Below, one piece after another: positions 47,501 through 60,405 of a DNA stretch of 64,000 nucleotides. The stretch is taken from the NCBI GenBank assembly GCA_032718475.1, contig JAUCBJ010005083.1:1-64000 (forward strand), read 5' to 3'. The notes under the pieces are model-generated. The model was not told the DNA's origin, searched no databases, and saw only the letters and a program-made list of their open reading frames with translations. A program made the position numbers and the translations under genes. Each line of letters opens with the position of its first letter. Position 1 is the stretch's first letter. Source of the DNA: Nemertoderma westbladi. Its lineage: Eukaryota > Animalia > Xenacoelomorpha.

Positions 47501-49808
47501 TTAAAGCTATAGTTATTCTTCGTGATGAAGGCCATATAGACAATGATGTTGTACTGCATGTAGATAAAATTCAGTTAAAGCTATAGTTATTCTTCGTGAT
47601 GAAGGCCATATAGACAATGATGTTGTACTGCATGTAGATAAGATTCAGTTAAAGCTATAGTTATTCTTCGTGATGAAGGCCATATAGACAATGATGTTGT
47701 ACTGCTTGTAGATAAAATTAAGTTAAAGCTATAGTTATTCTTCGTGATGAAGGCCATATAGACAATGATGTTGTACTGCATGTAGATAAAATTAAGTTAA
47801 AGCTATAGTTATTCTTCGTGATGAAGGCCATATAGACAATGATGTTGTACTGCATGTAGATAAGATTCAGTTAAAGCTATAGTTATTCTTCGTGATGAAG
47901 GCCATATAGACAATGATGTTGTACTGCATGTAGATAAAATTCAGTTAAAGCTATAGTTATTCTTCGTGATGAAGGCCATATAGACAATGATGTTGTACTG
48001 CATGTAGATAAGATTCAGTTAAAGCTATAGTTATTCTTCGTGATGAAGGCCATATAGACAATGATGTTGTACTGCTTGTAGATAAAATTCAGTTAAAGCT
48101 ATAGTTATTCTTTGTAATGAAGGCCATATAGACAATGATGTTGTACTGCATGTAGATAAAATTAAGTTAAAGCTATAGTTATTCTTCGTGATGAAGGCCA
48201 TATAGACAATGATGTTGTACTGCATGTAGATAAAATTAAGTTAAAGCTATAGTTATTCTTCGTGATGAAGGCCATATAGACAATGATGTTGTACTGCATG
48301 TAGATAAGATTCAGTTAAAGCTATAGTTATTCTTCGTGATGAAGGCCATATAGACAATGATGTTGTACTGCTTGTAGATAAAATTCAGATAAAGCTATAG
48401 TTATTCTTCGTGATGAAGGCCATATAGACAATGATGTTGTACTGCTTGTAGATAAGATTAAGTTAAAGCTATAGTTATTCTTCGTGATGAAGGCCATATA
48501 GACAATGATGTTGTACTGCATGTAGATAAAATTAAGTTAAAGCTATAGTTATTCTTCGTGATGAAGGCCATATAGACAATGATGTTGTACTGCATGTAGA
48601 TAAAATTAAGTTAAAGCTATAGTTATTCTTCGTGATGAAGGCCATATAGACAATGATGTTGTACTGCATGTAGATAAAATTCAGTTAAAGCTATAGTTAT
48701 TCTTCGTGATGAAGGCCATATAGACAATGATGTTGTACTGCATGTAGATAAGATTCAGTTAAAGCTATAGTTATTCTTCGTGATGAAGGCCATATAGACA
48801 ATGATGTTGTACTGCATGTAGATAAAATTCAGTTAAAGCTATAGTTATTCTTCGTGATGAAGGCCATATAGACAATGATGTTGTACTGCTTGTAGATAAA
48901 ATTCACTTAGATTTTGGTCATTTCTTTTAAAGCTTTAGATCCTAATTTTTTGAAATAAAAAAACATAAACCAAAAAATGATAACTACCAACACTAGCTAT
49001 GGTCAACTGAAAGACCAATTTATCACATACCAAAAAAACTTGATATAATATAATCTAATAATATAATCTAATCGGAGATTGGGAAACGACCAAAAATCTC
49101 AATTTAGCTAAATTAATTTAAAATAGATTGGGCCTACTTGGAAAAATACTAGCTACAGTAGCTATAAACAACTAAAAATAATATTAAAAATACAAGATAT
49201 TTTCTATGTCTTAATTCAGTGCAACCAAACCCCCCTCTGAATCTTAATGAAATCTAGTGGAATATTAACATTCGAAAGTGGCCAGTTTTAGCATTGTCTA
49301 GAGGCTTTTAATTGCTAAACAATCTACTGTAGAACACTCTAAAAAAGAATGTAATAAAAACTGTGTCCTAGATAGATAGTAATTAAATAGACTCCATAAA
49401 ATACTTTTCAAACTCTTGTAGTTAAGGATTGAAAGCGAAAATAAAATATTCTGACGCACCCAGTATGGATGATAGAGGTAAAACAATATCTATTTCAAAT
49501 TTCATGCAATCTCATTAAGATTTCTAGAATAATAATTGGTGGCAGGGTCACTGAATTAAGACACAATATTCCAGGAGATGGTGTAGGTACGCACCAACGA
49601 AGTGGAACTGGCATTTACCAATAATATATAAAAATAGCTATTAAAATAAGTTGTTTCGAAATTATAATACTTAGGCCTACTATTGAAATGAATCATAAAA
49701 AAAATGTTCTAGAAGACTTTTATTATAAAATCCTTCAAATATATGAAAAATTAATTTAAAGACGTGTGCCTACTAAATTTAGTAGGTAGAATGAAGCTTT
49801 CATGGTCG
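44562..49808. mobile_element. Foldback/MITE-like DNA element with ~450-bp TIRs and TA flanks, enclosing a satellite
   Basis: CGACCATGAAAGCT.CATTCTACCTACTAAATTTAG... is inverted at 49360-49808. The arms share sequence with the MITE at 52769. Confidence 0.85.
45135..48905. repeat. 74-bp tandem satellite, about 51 copies
   Basis: Unit AAGCTATAGTTATTCTTCGTGATGAAGGCCATATAGACAATGATGTTGTACTGCATGTAGATAAAATTCAGTTA. Confidence 0.98.
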
Positions 49809-49881
49809 TATATAGGTCATGGTAGACCTCAGATCATTAATGAGTTAATAAATGATTATTATCTATAAAATTTAATTAAAG

Positions 49882-50348
49882 GTTTAAAGGATAAAGTATT
49901 GAAGAATGTGAATAGCAAGCATCTCGCCAATCTAACTATAAGTGGTTGTATTAACGTAGAAGACACAGGAGTCACTGCAGTGGTTGAACGGAATCCACAG
50001 ATACGCCATCTAACGCTGAGTAACTGCACGAAGATTACCGATTCCAGTATTATTCGTATCGCTAGTTGTTTAACGGATAACTTGTTAACATTAAATGTGG
50101 ATAATATAAAACTGTTCGGCGACGAATCTCTTAAGTTTTTGGCTGAGAAATGTCCAAATCTCGTCGAATTGAGGGGAATGGGCGGTAATGGAATTACCAG
50201 CAAAGCAATACAAGCTATCAGCATTGGCTGCTCCAAGCTAAGGGTGCTCGATATCTCCTATTGTTACGAACTTTCTAAATCTTTTATTGGCGGTTCTCTA
50301 GACAATTTACCGACGACATTAACAACATTAAACCTAACAGCGCTTCAG
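49882..50348 (+). CDS. LRR gene exon 3
   Basis: Phase-1 join gives LP-G-LKDK. Several LxxLxLxxCxxITDxx repeats. CAG|GTAAGG donor. The acceptor is weak (AAAG). Confidence 0.88.
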
Positions 50349-51017
50349 GTAAGGATGTACAGAGGAAGTTAACAACATTAAACCTAACAGCGCTTCAGGT
50401 AAGGATGTACAGAGGAAGTTAACAACATTAAACCTAACAGCGCTTCAGGTAAGGATGTACAGAGGAAGTTAACAACATTAAACCTAACAGCGCTTCAGGT
50501 AAGGATGTACAGAGGAAGTTAACAACATTAAACCTAACAGCGCTTCAGGTAAGGATGTACAGAGGAAGTTAACAACATTAAACCTAACAGCGCTTCAGGT
50601 AAGGATGTACAGAGGAAGTTAACAACATTAAACCTAACAGCGCTTCAGGTAAGGATGTACAGAGGAAGTTAACAACATTAAACCTAACAGCGCTTCAGGT
50701 AAGGATGTACAGAGGAAGTTAACAACATTAAACCTAACAGCGCTTCAGGTAAGGATGTACAGAGGAAGTTAACAACATTAAACCTAACAGCGCTTCAGGT
50801 AAGGATGTACAGAGGAAGTTAACAAGATTAAACCTAACAGCGCTTCAGGTAAGGATGTACAGAGGAAGTTAACAACATTAAACCTAACAGCGCTTCAGGT
50901 AAGGATGTACAGAGGAAGTTAACAACATTAAACCTAACAGCGCTTCAGGTAAGGATGTACAGAGGAAGTTAACAACATTAAACCTAACAGCGCTTCAGGT
51001 AAGGATGTACAGAGGAA
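50319..51017 (+). repeat. 50-bp tandem repeat, 14 copies, spanning the exon 3 splice donor
   Basis: Unit TTAACAACATTAAACCTAACAGCGCTTCAG|GTAAGGATGTACAGAGGAAG. Confidence 0.97.
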
Positions 51018-52768
51018 ATTGTGTATGAATGGGCCCTTAAGTTTAAATTTTAAAATTTTGCTTCAAAAAAAGTTATAGCATTTTTCGTTTAAAAAATACC
51101 GAAATATCTAAAAAATCCAAAATTTAGCGATTTTTTAAATAAAAAATGCCATAACTTTTTTTTGAAAAAAAATTTTCAAAATTCTGTCTATTCAATTTTT
51201 GCGGCGAATATTCCTCTACATAATTCTGCAAACAGAACGAAAATCCGTCGAGTAGTTAAAAAGTAGAGTAAGTGTCCCAAAAAAAGCCAATGCGAGAAAA
51301 ATGACATTTAAATTATATCCTGATAACAACTGACCAAACATGCACCAAAAGTGAAAATTTTTTCAAATATAATCTACTTTTGTGGTTTTGATACCTATAG
51401 GCTAATTTTAGGCGCTGATTCCGAAAATGGCAAAATATTTGCACATTTATGGGTGTTTGATGGTAATTTTTGGTGTCAAATGTGGTGCTGCACCAAAATT
51501 TAAAAATTTGAAATTTTGGGTGAAAATTACAAAAGTTGCCATAACTCGAGAACAAAATACCTTATCGAAAAACTGATTTCAGATTCGGAATTACCATAAA
51601 ATTTCACATCGGAAAACATATTAAAAAAAATATGATGAAAAAAAGACTGGGGGTGAACCCGCCCCTTAAGTAATTTCCAGATAACGCCCCTCCCCCTTGT
51701 GAAATTGTTTAAATGTTTGAACAAAAACATTGGAAATGATTCAGTTAATTCAACAATTAATATTCTTCCCTAATTAAAAAATCTTAAATACAGGTACTGT
51801 ACTATCGTTTCGTTCGTCAGTCTAGAAAACCCCCATTCCACTGACCCCCTAAACTAGGACCCTCTAAACAGTTGTGATATATCCAAATTACTAATATTAT
51901 TTTAGATATCCGGTTTATGCCAGCCTACGTACATAAGGTGGGTGGTACATGTTTTATCGTTTATCAATGACAATATACTGAAAACTGCACAAACTACTCG
52001 AAATTAATTACACAATGTCCCATAAAAATAGTGTCTATGATAAGTTGACAACAAACCGAAGTTACTGATAGTCTAGTCTGCTAGTCATAAGAGATAAATA
52101 TGAGTTTGCGTAATGAGTGTGAACTGAAAAGTCTAAAACATTACAGTATATTTTAGCCCATTGAACACCAGATAAGGGAGTCTTTGGACGCAATCAAAAT
52201 GCATTCCTCTCCAGGAGAAAATCGACGCAAATATCTGCTGATTACTCCCAAAAATAAAACTGTAACCTGTTCTATTGAATATAGTTTATTGTTTTGATTA
52301 GAATAGCATGCAACCGTAAACTGCTAATTTCCCTTAATTGATAATTTGACACTGAGGCGAGATATTAATTCGCCGAGTAAGAATTTGCATCAAATCCCCC
52401 CCCCCCCCCCCCCTGTCTCATGACCACATATCTGTCTGTCTACTATAATAATACACTTGAATTATCAATCACCAAACCTCCGGCTCCTTCTCCGGCCGGA
52501 GCTCATATTGTAACCCGGAGGAACCTCCGGGCTCCGGCTCAGGATGAAATTTTAGCTCTGTCGCATCCCTACCTCACACGGATCAATTTGTCTTTGTAAC
52601 TTATTGCTGAACCCCTCACACGTGGGAGGGAAACTTGTTGCTGCAACTTGTTTCTGAATACTTGTTTCCTCGACTTGTTGCTGGGCTCCTCACGCGTAGG
52701 AAACTTGTTGCTCAATAAAATAACAATTATTTCAAAATAAATATCCAACATCTCCAGACATATTTATA

Positions 52769-53680
52769 CACCATGTCCCAGAATATAGTGTCATAATTCA
52801 GTGACACGCCCCCCCCCCCCCCCCCTAATTTTTTTTAAAATCTTAATGAGATTGCATGAAATTTGAAACAGAGATAGTTTCACCTCCCGACCACTGACTG
52901 GGTGTGCCAGAATTTTTACTTTTGCTTTCAATCTTAAGCTACAAGCGTTTAAAAAAAGTGTCTCCAGCGATATTACACCAGTTACACCGTAGTTATTCTT
53001 CAACCTTATAGTGATTTGTTGGTACTGATAGAAAGCTGACGGTACAAGGATTCCAAATATGTAACATAATTTGAATTTCGTTGAAAAATAGCTGAGATAT
53101 GGTCGTTCAAATTTTGCATGGTTATGCACCTATGCGAGGCTACTTTATTCTATTAAATAAATACATCATAATCTGGAATATTTTGTTTATCAAAATACGT
53201 AGCTGGGCAACAATGCATTACATCTTTAATCATACTATTATGTAGCTATTCATATATTTAAAAAATGTTCCAGAATATGGTTTATTTATTAAATAGAATA
53301 AAATAGCCTCGCGCCGGTGCATAACCATGCAACATTTGAACGCTCATATCTCAGCTATTTTTCAACGAAATTCAAATTGTGTTACATATTTGGAATCCTT
53401 GCATAACCAGCTTTCCATTGGTACCAACAAACAGAATAGGTCGGTAAATAATAGAAGAATAACTGCGGTGTAACTGGTGTAATATCGCTGGAGACACTTT
53501 TTTTAAGCGCTTGTAGCTAAAGATTGCAAGCCAAAATAAAATTTCTGGCTCACCCAGTCAGTGGTCGGGAGGTGAAACTATCTCTGTTTCAAATTGCATG
53601 CAATCTCATTAAGATTTGTAGAAAAATTAGGGGGGAGGGCCGTGTCACTGAATTACGACACTATATTCTGGGACATGGTG
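52769..53680. mobile_element. Palindromic MITE with TA TSD (Tc1/mariner-like)
   Basis: CACCATGTCCCAGAATATAGTGTC TIR; the inverted arms extend almost to the centre. Confidence 0.88.
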
Positions 53681-54230
53681 TATATAATATTAAATCACTC
53701 AAATGATCTAATATTAGCTAGTTGAAAAATGTGATGTAAAAAAGTTTTTAAAAATGTAGCTAGGGGACGTTCATAAAGTATGTCACGCAAGTTTTCCAGT
53801 TTTTTGACCAAATAAATTTAACATAACTTTTTAAAAATGTTGCAGTAAGTTGTTTCTGGACTCCCCACACACATAAACTTTTGTTGCGCAATGTTTCTGA
53901 GTGTCGTGTCCAGTGTCCAGCAACTTTTTGCTGATCCCCTCACACTGACAAACTTTTGATTCAGAAACAAGTCGCAGAAACAAAAGTTACCCCATGTGAT
54001 ATCTATATGCCGTATCACTGAAATGAATTTTAGAAAATAAAATTATGTGTTTTAGTTTCGCAATGTTTTTTTCTTCTTAGCTATCGATATTTATTCGTTA
54101 CATATTAAGATAATTTAATAATAAATTATGAATAGATAATTAATATTGACAAATTACTATAATTGATAATAATCAAAAATCCTAATAAATTTCAGTTTAT
54201 CTTCCGAGATTCGAGCGCAGACTTTCCCTA

Positions 54231-54518
54231 TTATTTCTTTCCCCGTCTCCGCGATCCTGATTTCTTCCCTTTCTTCCCCTTGGCCTTTCTACCACGACTT
54301 CTCCCTTTTCGACTCCTTGATCTACTCCCTTTTCCCTTCTTCTTCCCCTTTCCACTCTTGCTTCCCTTTCGCCTCTTCTGTCTCCTTTTCTCCATATCTG
54401 TCCTTTCGGTTGACCTACTCACATACCCCTTCTGTTTATAACTGACTAAGTCATTACTTGGCATCCCAACCTCACTCAACTTTCCATTTTCACTGTCATT
54501 GTGGTTTCTTTGAGACAT
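54231..54518 (-). CDS. Protamine-like/sperm nuclear basic protein candidate (95 aa), nested antisense in an LRR-gene intron
   Basis: C-terminal half is almost only K, R, G and S with SRSRSR. Upstream TATATAA (~54612-54618) and two CCAAT boxes; AATAAA at 54090-54095 on the minus strand. Confidence 0.6.
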   Translation of the reverse strand: MSQRNHNDSENGKLSEVGMPSNDLVSYKQKGYVSRSTERTDMEKRRQKRRKGSKSGKGKKKGKGSRSRSRKGRSRGRKAKGKKGKKSGSRRRGKK

Positions 54519-55915
54519 CGCGTCTATTAATCAGATTTAATTATATTGTATTGTGCACTTACTTTTGATTTAACTGTTTTCAATATGGCCGTTATATCTA
54601 TGATTTTCTCTTATATATGAAGATTAAATTCTAGAATTTGTTATCCATTGGTTAATTATATTAAAATTATGTCATTGGCAAATTATGGCTATAACATTTT
54701 AGAAGTATAATAATTCCGTAAACGGCATTCAACGGTCAGTGTAGCCTATTTGTGAATAGGAGCTTTTCGACTAAATTCCATATTCAAATATTATTCGCAG
54801 TAATTATATATCTGTGATATATTAGCAGTGAGTGAGTCCGCGATTATATAAAATATAATTAATATATTGTTTCGTACAGGGGAAAAAGCTGCCCTATTCG
54901 AACGCTCATAATCTCACCTATTTCTAAACGAAAATCAGATATTTTTACCAGGTTTTGTAATCCTGAAAAATTATATCCTGTTCGATACAAAAAAAAACAA
55001 CGTCAGGTGGCGACAAAATAGCTGCGGCTCGACTGGTGCAAGTTTTCGCACTATTGGTAATTGATAGGATATTTTTTCAGAGGCTCTTAGCAAAAGAGTG
55101 GAAGATTCACCCACTACGACGTCGAACCAGCTTGTTGGTTTCAAATTTATGCAATTTAATTAAGATTTGTAGAATACAAAGCATACTTTTTATTCTTACA
55201 CATTGCTAAACCCCACATTACACATTGCTAAACCCCAACGACGGATTGACTATTTATACCTGACTGTTGTATCACTGACAATGCTCCTTACATCCCGATC
55301 GTAGACGATCCATTTACGGAACGTGAACTAGCCGAAGCAATGTCTAGCCTAAACACTAACATTGGAATCAACCCGGCGATCTTTACCTGGTAACTGGCTA
55401 TTATTCTCTCTATCCTTATTTAACTGTATTTTTTAAAGTAACATTATATCCCTACCTCTTGGGGAGTTAGTAAACTGGTAAGTGGTAGGTATTTGTGGGA
55501 ACTACTGAGGCGTTAATATTATGACTAGTCTAGCCAAGATTTATGATATATTATTAAATAACCGTTTAATTAAGTGGTGCTATATTAACAAATGTCAAGC
55601 CGGTGCTCAGAAGGGCCGGGGCTGTCTAGAACACATCCTGTCTCTTAGTGTACTTGTTGATTAGGGTGTAGTTTTTACAAGTGATGGTAAAATGTTCAAG
55701 TGATGGTAAAATGTTACAAGTGATGGTAAAATGTTACAAGTGATGGTAAAATGACCTCATACTTCAAATTTTAGGAACCTCACTGGGAAGAAACCGCTAA
55801 CAAATTTGCCATTTCTATACAAAAAACACAAGTATTCCGTTCATTCTAAAACGACAAGTATTTGAAGCCGGAATATTAGCGTCACTTACCTCCATCCGAA
55901 TCTTGGCTTACATAC

Positions 55916-56279
55916 CAATGGTTTTAATATTATAATAATCTTAAATCATGAATTAAAAAGATGTGCACCAAAAATAACAAAATTAATTCCGCCACCACAC
56001 AAATATCATCGGGCCTACCACCAAGGCACCGGAAGGATATGTTGGAGCTCAGAGGCAAGGGATCAGTACCGATCAGGAAGGTCAGACCCCCGCAGACCGG
56101 CACCGTCCCCAAATCCGAGCGCCCTCCATGGCCGCCTACCACCACGCAGGCACAGGGAGCTCGAGCGCAGAAGCGCGAACTGTAAGCGCCTCCGCACTCC
56201 CCCTAACACACAAGCGAGGCCTCGCTCGCGCATCCCCCGCTGCCGGGCCACGAGGGTCTCAGCGAGGTGGCGAATATTC
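55916..56279 (-). mobile_element. Short 3' fragment of another non-LTR element, with 16-bp TSD
   Basis: ATCTTGGCTTACATAC at 55900-55915 and 56280-56295. RRRLQFALLRSSSLCLRG resembles RLE-type C-termini. Confidence 0.7.
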
Positions 56280-56373
56280 ATCTTGGCTTACATACAATAC
56301 AAAAATAGTCGAAAAATACTATAACCGTATGGTTGTGTTAGACTACGAACTCGGATGGATCTTTGTTTAATTG

Positions 56374-56943
56374 AAGCCGGAATACAGCCTCTTCAGTTCC
56401 GTATTCCGGAATACAGCCTCTTCAGTTACGTATTTGTAACTCTCGGAAGCCGGAATACAGCCTCTTCAGTTCCGTATTCCGGAATACAGCCTCTTCAGTT
56501 CCGTATTCCGGAATACAGCCTCTTCAGTTCCGTATTTGTAACTCTCGGAAGCCGGAATACAGCCTCTTCAGTTCCGTATTCCGGAATACAGCCTCTTCAG
56601 TTCCGTATTCCGGAATACAGCCTCTTCAGTTCCGTATTCCGGAATACAGCCTCTTCAGTTCCGTATTTGTAACTCTCGAAAGCCGGAATACAGTCTCTTC
56701 AGTCCCGTATTCCGGAATACAGCCTCTTCAGTTCCGTATTCCGGAATACAGCCTCTTCAGTTCCGTATTCCGGAATACAGCCTCTTCAGTTACGTATTTG
56801 TAACTCTCGGAAGCCGGAATACAGCCTCTTCAGTTCCGTATTCCGGAATACAGCCTCTTCAGTTCCGTATTCCGGAATACAGCCTCTTCAGTTCCGTATT
56901 CCGGAATACAGTCTCTTCAGTTCCGTATTTGTGACTCTCGGAA
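56374..56943. repeat. Tandem repeat with ~29-bp and ~43-bp alternating units, derived from LINE coding sequence
   Basis: CCGGAATACAGCCTCTTCAGTTCCGTATT, with or without TGTAACTCTCGGAAG. Confidence 0.93.
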
Positions 56944-58276
56944 AAATTATCTATAAAAGATGTTAAAGAACACAGATATAGATATCCCATTTTATCAAGT
57001 ATACGAACTTTGTAAATCTGCAAATACACCAGCCTATAAAATCTTAACTGATACTAAATTAACTCTAGATAGCGATATTTTGAAGTCAGTGTGCAGTAAA
57101 ATAAGATCTAAAGATGAGTTAAAAACAAAATTTCGGACATATCGTGAAATAATGAACCCCAAAGTCGAACCACACCAGTTATATAGAAACCGCGACCGAA
57201 CTGCCAGATTACATCCGGATATGGTTCACCCGTATTAAACTAATGTCACACAACCTAAAGATAGAAAAGGGGTAGATGGAGCCGAATCCTAACCGAACAG
57301 CGGGTGTGTGAGTGTGACAAAATTTCAATACAAACTTTACTTTTCTGCCATTTAACCACAGAATTTTCGTAATAAATATGAAAATTTGGATTTTGATAAT
57401 ATGAGTTTATTGTTCTATGGTGATAGTAATAATTTAGGATCGTTTTGTGCATATATACGAAGTAATACAGGTCTTTGGCGATTAAAATGTTACTGTACTA
57501 ATACAGAATACATAATTCTGTGACAGAAGTAAATTCTTACCTGTGGTTATGTATTAATGGATTCCATTCACTTTTGTCATCAAAATCGGAAGCAATAATC
57601 AAAAGTTTTGGCATTTTTGTATATAAAGCAATGGCAATAAGGTCCGCCATAATAGGATGTTGATAAACTCTGTTACAAAAACTAGCAAGTAATTAAGTGC
57701 TTGTAGGTCTATAACTAGTGACGGTGACGGGTTTTGTTCTTATATTTCTTTTGTGCAATTTACAACAATAGCATTAGGTTGCTTGTTGGAGTTTATATGA
57801 TTACAAATATAAATGAATCCTACTAATTATTATATTTTCGAACTATCGTTGCTTAGCTTAAATCCTTTGAATATATTGGACATTATGTACATTTTTTGAA
57901 TACTGTTTACTATTTAGTTCCATCATTTTTCTATTTGCTTGTTATTTGTGATTGGAAGGCTGTACTTTGTTTATGTTATATCTTTATTATTAATGTCAAT
58001 AAAAATACTACTACTATACTAGCAGGTTGTAGAGACAGATTGTAAGAAGCATTCTAGGAGTATATAAAATATAAATAACACTGTGAGTGTTATAAAATGG
58101 TATATATCGCAAATATTGTATATCCTAAGGCAATTAATTTTATTATCTGGTTCCATTTGACCCGCAAATCTGGCCACAATTAAAGATAAGATTTATATTA
58201 TATATATATTTGTTATTGTTTGGCCACATATTTTATTTTTGTTTTACCAGGTATATATCTTTAAATATATTTTTAG

Positions 58277-58756
58277 GTGCCTGGTGACGTCATCGTCAAC
58301 TGCAGCAAACGATTGGTAAATCTGGAGAATCTTCGTCTGTGTGGATGCAGCGGGGTAAATTCGAGTTCCGTAGAAGGAATAACTAAATCCATCGGGTTTC
58401 AGCTCTCTGAAATCGACTTGACTGCCTGCCCCAACATAGACGACGAGTGTTTATCCTACATCGCCTTGTATTGCACCGGCATAGAGAGTATACGTCTGGC
58501 GCTTTGTCCTCGAATACACGGCATGTCGCTTATTAAGATATTCAACGACCCCAAACGCGCATCCCGTATTCGTGCACTCCTCTTCACCAACTGTACGAAT
58601 CTTGACCCCTCGGTTATCACCTCTGCTGTTACTAACTGCTCTGGGCTGCGCGCTCTCCTTATAAGCGGGTTGGCGTGGGTTAATGACGAGGTTTTATCGT
58701 TGTTAGCGACGCATTGCCCTCAGATCGGTGGGTTGTACCTGAAAGGTTGCAAAGAG
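58277..58756 (+). CDS. LRR gene exon 4 (the gene continues downstream)
   Basis: TTTTTAG acceptor, phase 0; 160 codons of cysteine-containing LRRs; GAG|GTAGG donor. Confidence 0.9.
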
Positions 58757-58835
58757 GTAGGCCATAGTTAGTTCCTTACTTACAATAATACAATACAGTT
58801 TAAACTGAACTGTCGTTTCATATGTTTCCCGTTTA

Positions 58836-59228
58836 CACCATGTCCCAGAATATATAGAGTCGTAATCCAGTGACACCTGCCCCCCCCCCCCCCCCCCCCC
58901 CCCTAATTGTTCTACAAATCTTAATAATATTGCATGAAATTTGAAGCAGAGATAGATAGTTACACCTCCCGACCACTGACACTGGTGAGCCAGAATTTTT
59001 ATTTTTGCTTTCAATCTTTAGCTACAAGTGTTTAAAAAAAGTGTCTCCAGCGATATTACACCAGTTACACCGCAGTTATTCTTCTACCTTATAGCTGTTT
59101 GTTGGTACCAATGGAAAGCTGGTCCTGCAAGGATTCCAAATATGTAATGTAACGTAATTGCCGAGATATAAGCGTTAAAATGTTGAATGGTTTTGTTTGC
59201 ACCGGCGCGAGGCTATTTTATTCTATTT
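58836..59228. mobile_element. Half copy of the 52769-53680 MITE
   Basis: Same CACCATGTCCCAGAATAT terminus and arm sequence. Confidence 0.8.
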
Positions 59229-60186
59229 CGAGCGCACGTAGGCGCAAGTATCCGGTCAAACCGGCATTTATTTATTTAATTATACATTAATTAAAAACTT
59301 ATGTTTAAAATAATTAAAAGCGTATGTAAACAGTAAAATCATAAATTAAAAAAAGGAATTCAAAGTTTATAATGCAGCACGGGACGGAGGAGGGTTTCAA
59401 CCAATAGGAAAGTTGGTATTTATCGAATGCCATGGAATTCCAGAATGCGGTCGTGTCGCACAGCGAACGGAATGTTTGTCTGCTCGAGGCAGCTAGATAT
59501 GAATTCACCATTATTCTTCGTACACCATGATGGTGGTTGGGACTGGAATCGTGAGTTTAGACTATTCTTACTATAGTTATAGATTGCCATTGATTTGAGA
59601 TCTGGCAGGGGAAAGGATAGCGTGGCATTGCGATACAAACTACGTATCCCAGCGTGTTTCGAGTTATCGAGTGGTTGTTGTAACATAATACTGAGAGCTG
59701 ATTGGAGCGGAATACTCGGGCATTCTTTCACTCTTAATATTCAAATAGTCCAAATATTGACTTGTAAGCTTCACTGGAAAGGGGAAGTGTCTCTGTTACG
59801 TAATGTAGAGTATCATTACTGACATAGTTGCTTCCTATAGTGAATGTCAAGTGTTTCTATCTGGCTTGAGTTTAATGAGCCAACAATAAATTTAATTCCA
59901 AATAATATTGAAGGTACTGCAATTGATTTCCACAGAGTAATAACAGTACGTAAATTTAATGAGCGAACGGTCCAGGATTGTTTGACGAAATTGGCATAGA
60001 TGATAGATACCATCCTGATACACCGTTCCAGAGCATCAGATCCACTTGTTGCTATTACTACTCCAAGGAACTTGATTGCGTCACTCTCATGAATTAAGTT
60101 GGAGTTCACATTTATTAGTGGTTGGTGTGCAATTGTCGTAGTATATATCCATTATGTCTTTGAGGATTCTGTAGTTAGGTTCAGTT

Positions 60187-60405
60187 GGGTAGGTATAAAA
60201 CGCGGATCCAGATCCGGATTCCAAAATTATCAATTAAAGGAAAGGAGCAGGTTACAGTGGTACGTGATTTTAACCAAAACAATAAACTAAAGTCAATAGA
60301 ACAGGTGATAGTTTTATTTTTGGGAGTTATATAAATGTAAAAAAAATCGACTTCCGTAGGGACAATGTTAAATGTAGAATCCGGATCCGCGTTTTACTCT
60401 GACCC
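60187..60405. mobile_element. MITE with 9-bp TSD (Mutator-like) inserted in the LINE
   Basis: GGGT...TAAAACGCGGATCC/GGATCCGCGTTTTA...ACCC TIRs; GGTTC(A/G)GTT flanks. Confidence 0.7.

Larger units (their letters stand above)
55265..58017 (+). mobile_element. Decayed L2/CR1-group-like LINE
   Basis: Peptides DDPFTERELAEAM, TSLAKIYDILLNNRL, QAGAQKGRGCLEHI, KFRTYREI and MSHNLKIEKGRW...RVCEC. Ends AATAAAA(TAC)n. Confidence 0.7.

Noticed and set aside
45135-48905. CRISPR array, or genes from the repeated 64-aa ORFs
   Set aside because: No unique spacers and a eukaryotic context; the ORFs are by-products of the tandem repeat.
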